A stretch of DNA of 64,000 bases from Geosiphon pyriformis uo1 (Eukaryota > Fungi > Glomeromycota), in NCBI GenBank assembly GCA_016748015.1, contig JAAOMT010000352.1:744001-808000 (forward strand), written 5' to 3'. The translations under genes were made by a program, and so were the position numbers. Below, piece after piece: positions 63,101-64,000 of the stretch; within the stretch, counting starts at the first letter, position 1, and the number at the start of each line of letters is the position of its first letter. Below the pieces are notes generated by a model that was given only the letters and a program-made list of their open reading frames with translations, searched no databases and was not told the origin of the DNA.

Positions 63101-64000
63101 CAATCCTCTAAACAATTTTTTGGCAGGTGTGGTACATATTTTCTCTGGATGTGATTTGTCATTGAATGGCTTTCTGCCTAGCGCTTTTCGTTGTTAGAGT
63201 AGAACCCCTATGTTTCTTGTTCTTGGTGAATCGAATTATGTCAAAAGTGTCTTGTCACTTCGGCGTTATGGGATTGCTTTTGTAGACCAGCTACGAGACC
63301 AAAATGGGGCTGTTTTTAAGTGGAAGACCTTCAAACAGTGGAAATGGTTAGACCCACGTGGTCTGGTTCCTGTCTGGTTTGAGCTGTTGGTTCGTTTTCT
63401 TGGTGGTGTGTCTTTTCTTCCTGTCTGCTCCACACTTTCGGCTGATCGTGGCTCTTTGGATGTTCTTCGGTCTCATGAGTTTGGCATTATTGGCACCAGT
63501 TTATTCAATTCTAATGTTGGTCATCTTTCTGTCTACACAGATGAATCTCTAAGTGATTTAAGGACTGTTGATATGAAAGCTGGGGCTGCTGTTTTCTTTG
63601 AGAACATTGGTATGGGTTTGGGTGTGGGGGTATCTGGTTTGATGTCTTCTACCTTGATGGAATTGCAGGCTATTGCTCTGGCACTTGAGTGCGTCCCTCC
63701 TTCTTGCTCGATCAACTTGTTCTCAGACAGTCAGGCTGCTTTGAATGCTTGCAAGTTGGAAATGGAATTGGTTTGCCCAGATTTTAGGAATCGGTGTTGA
63801 ATTGAATACTGCCATATTGTTAATGTCATTCATCATAAGAATTTAAAAGTTAATTGGTGTAAAGTAAAAGGACACTCAAGGGTTTTAGGCAATGAACAAG
63901 CTGATAAGTTGGCCAGGGCTGCAGCTTTCTCTGGTTAGCATCTGCCTTATTCTGTCAATGAACGCTATCTTAGGGGTGAGGAAGCAGCTATTTCTGGTAA
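60126..64000 (+). pseudogene. LINE d ORF2 (APE-RT-RNase H), in-frame stops, truncated by the window
   Basis: IATCNVKG, GGDFN, TIDY, DTDH; LQDMRKAYDSV, GLDQGE, FVDD; VYTDESL, ELQAI, SDSQ, KVKGHS. Confidence 0.93.

Larger units (their letters stand above)
58157..64000 (+). mobile_element. LINE copy d, least decayed; runs off the window
   Basis: 5' motif shared with copy b; long ORFs; retains many CpG. Confidence 0.93.

Overview
Eukaryotic, gene-free block made of nested, decayed retroelements. No intact host gene, RNA gene or CRISPR array is visible. The style resembles fungal (Glomeromycotina-like) repeats, but that is an impression, not a search result. Contents: (i) four Ty3/Gypsy-type LTR retrotransposons: A 672-10701 (-), B 10702-20791 (+), C 20792-26051 (-, probably continued by the integrase fragment at 1-671) and D 41223-51237 (+, TSD CTGA). 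(ii) A solo LTR (17679-18606, 4-bp TSD), a fifth LTR family E (41415 to the N-gap) and a nearly fully C>T/G>A-converted relic LTR (~57280-58029). (iii) Four 5'-complete LINEs (ORF1 RRM-like/CCHC; ORF2 APE-RT-RNaseH-Zn) at 26098-32826 (-), 33553-40244 (-), ~40441-57205 (-, split by D) and 58157->64000 (+). The most notable signal is LTR-element architecture. In all four divergent elements RT-RNaseH ends in a stop, and integrase is a separate ORF in the +1 frame with a positionally conserved Met. Three elements also carry a multi-CxxC domain and a five-motif dUTPase between protease and RT, plus a homologous, unrecognised third ORF in the env position. Two LTR families carry an anti-PBS sequence in U5 that could fold over the primer-binding site. 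The LINEs couple ORF1 and ORF2 through an ATGA stop-start overlap. Coordinates were read by eye and may be off by a few bases; no searches were run.
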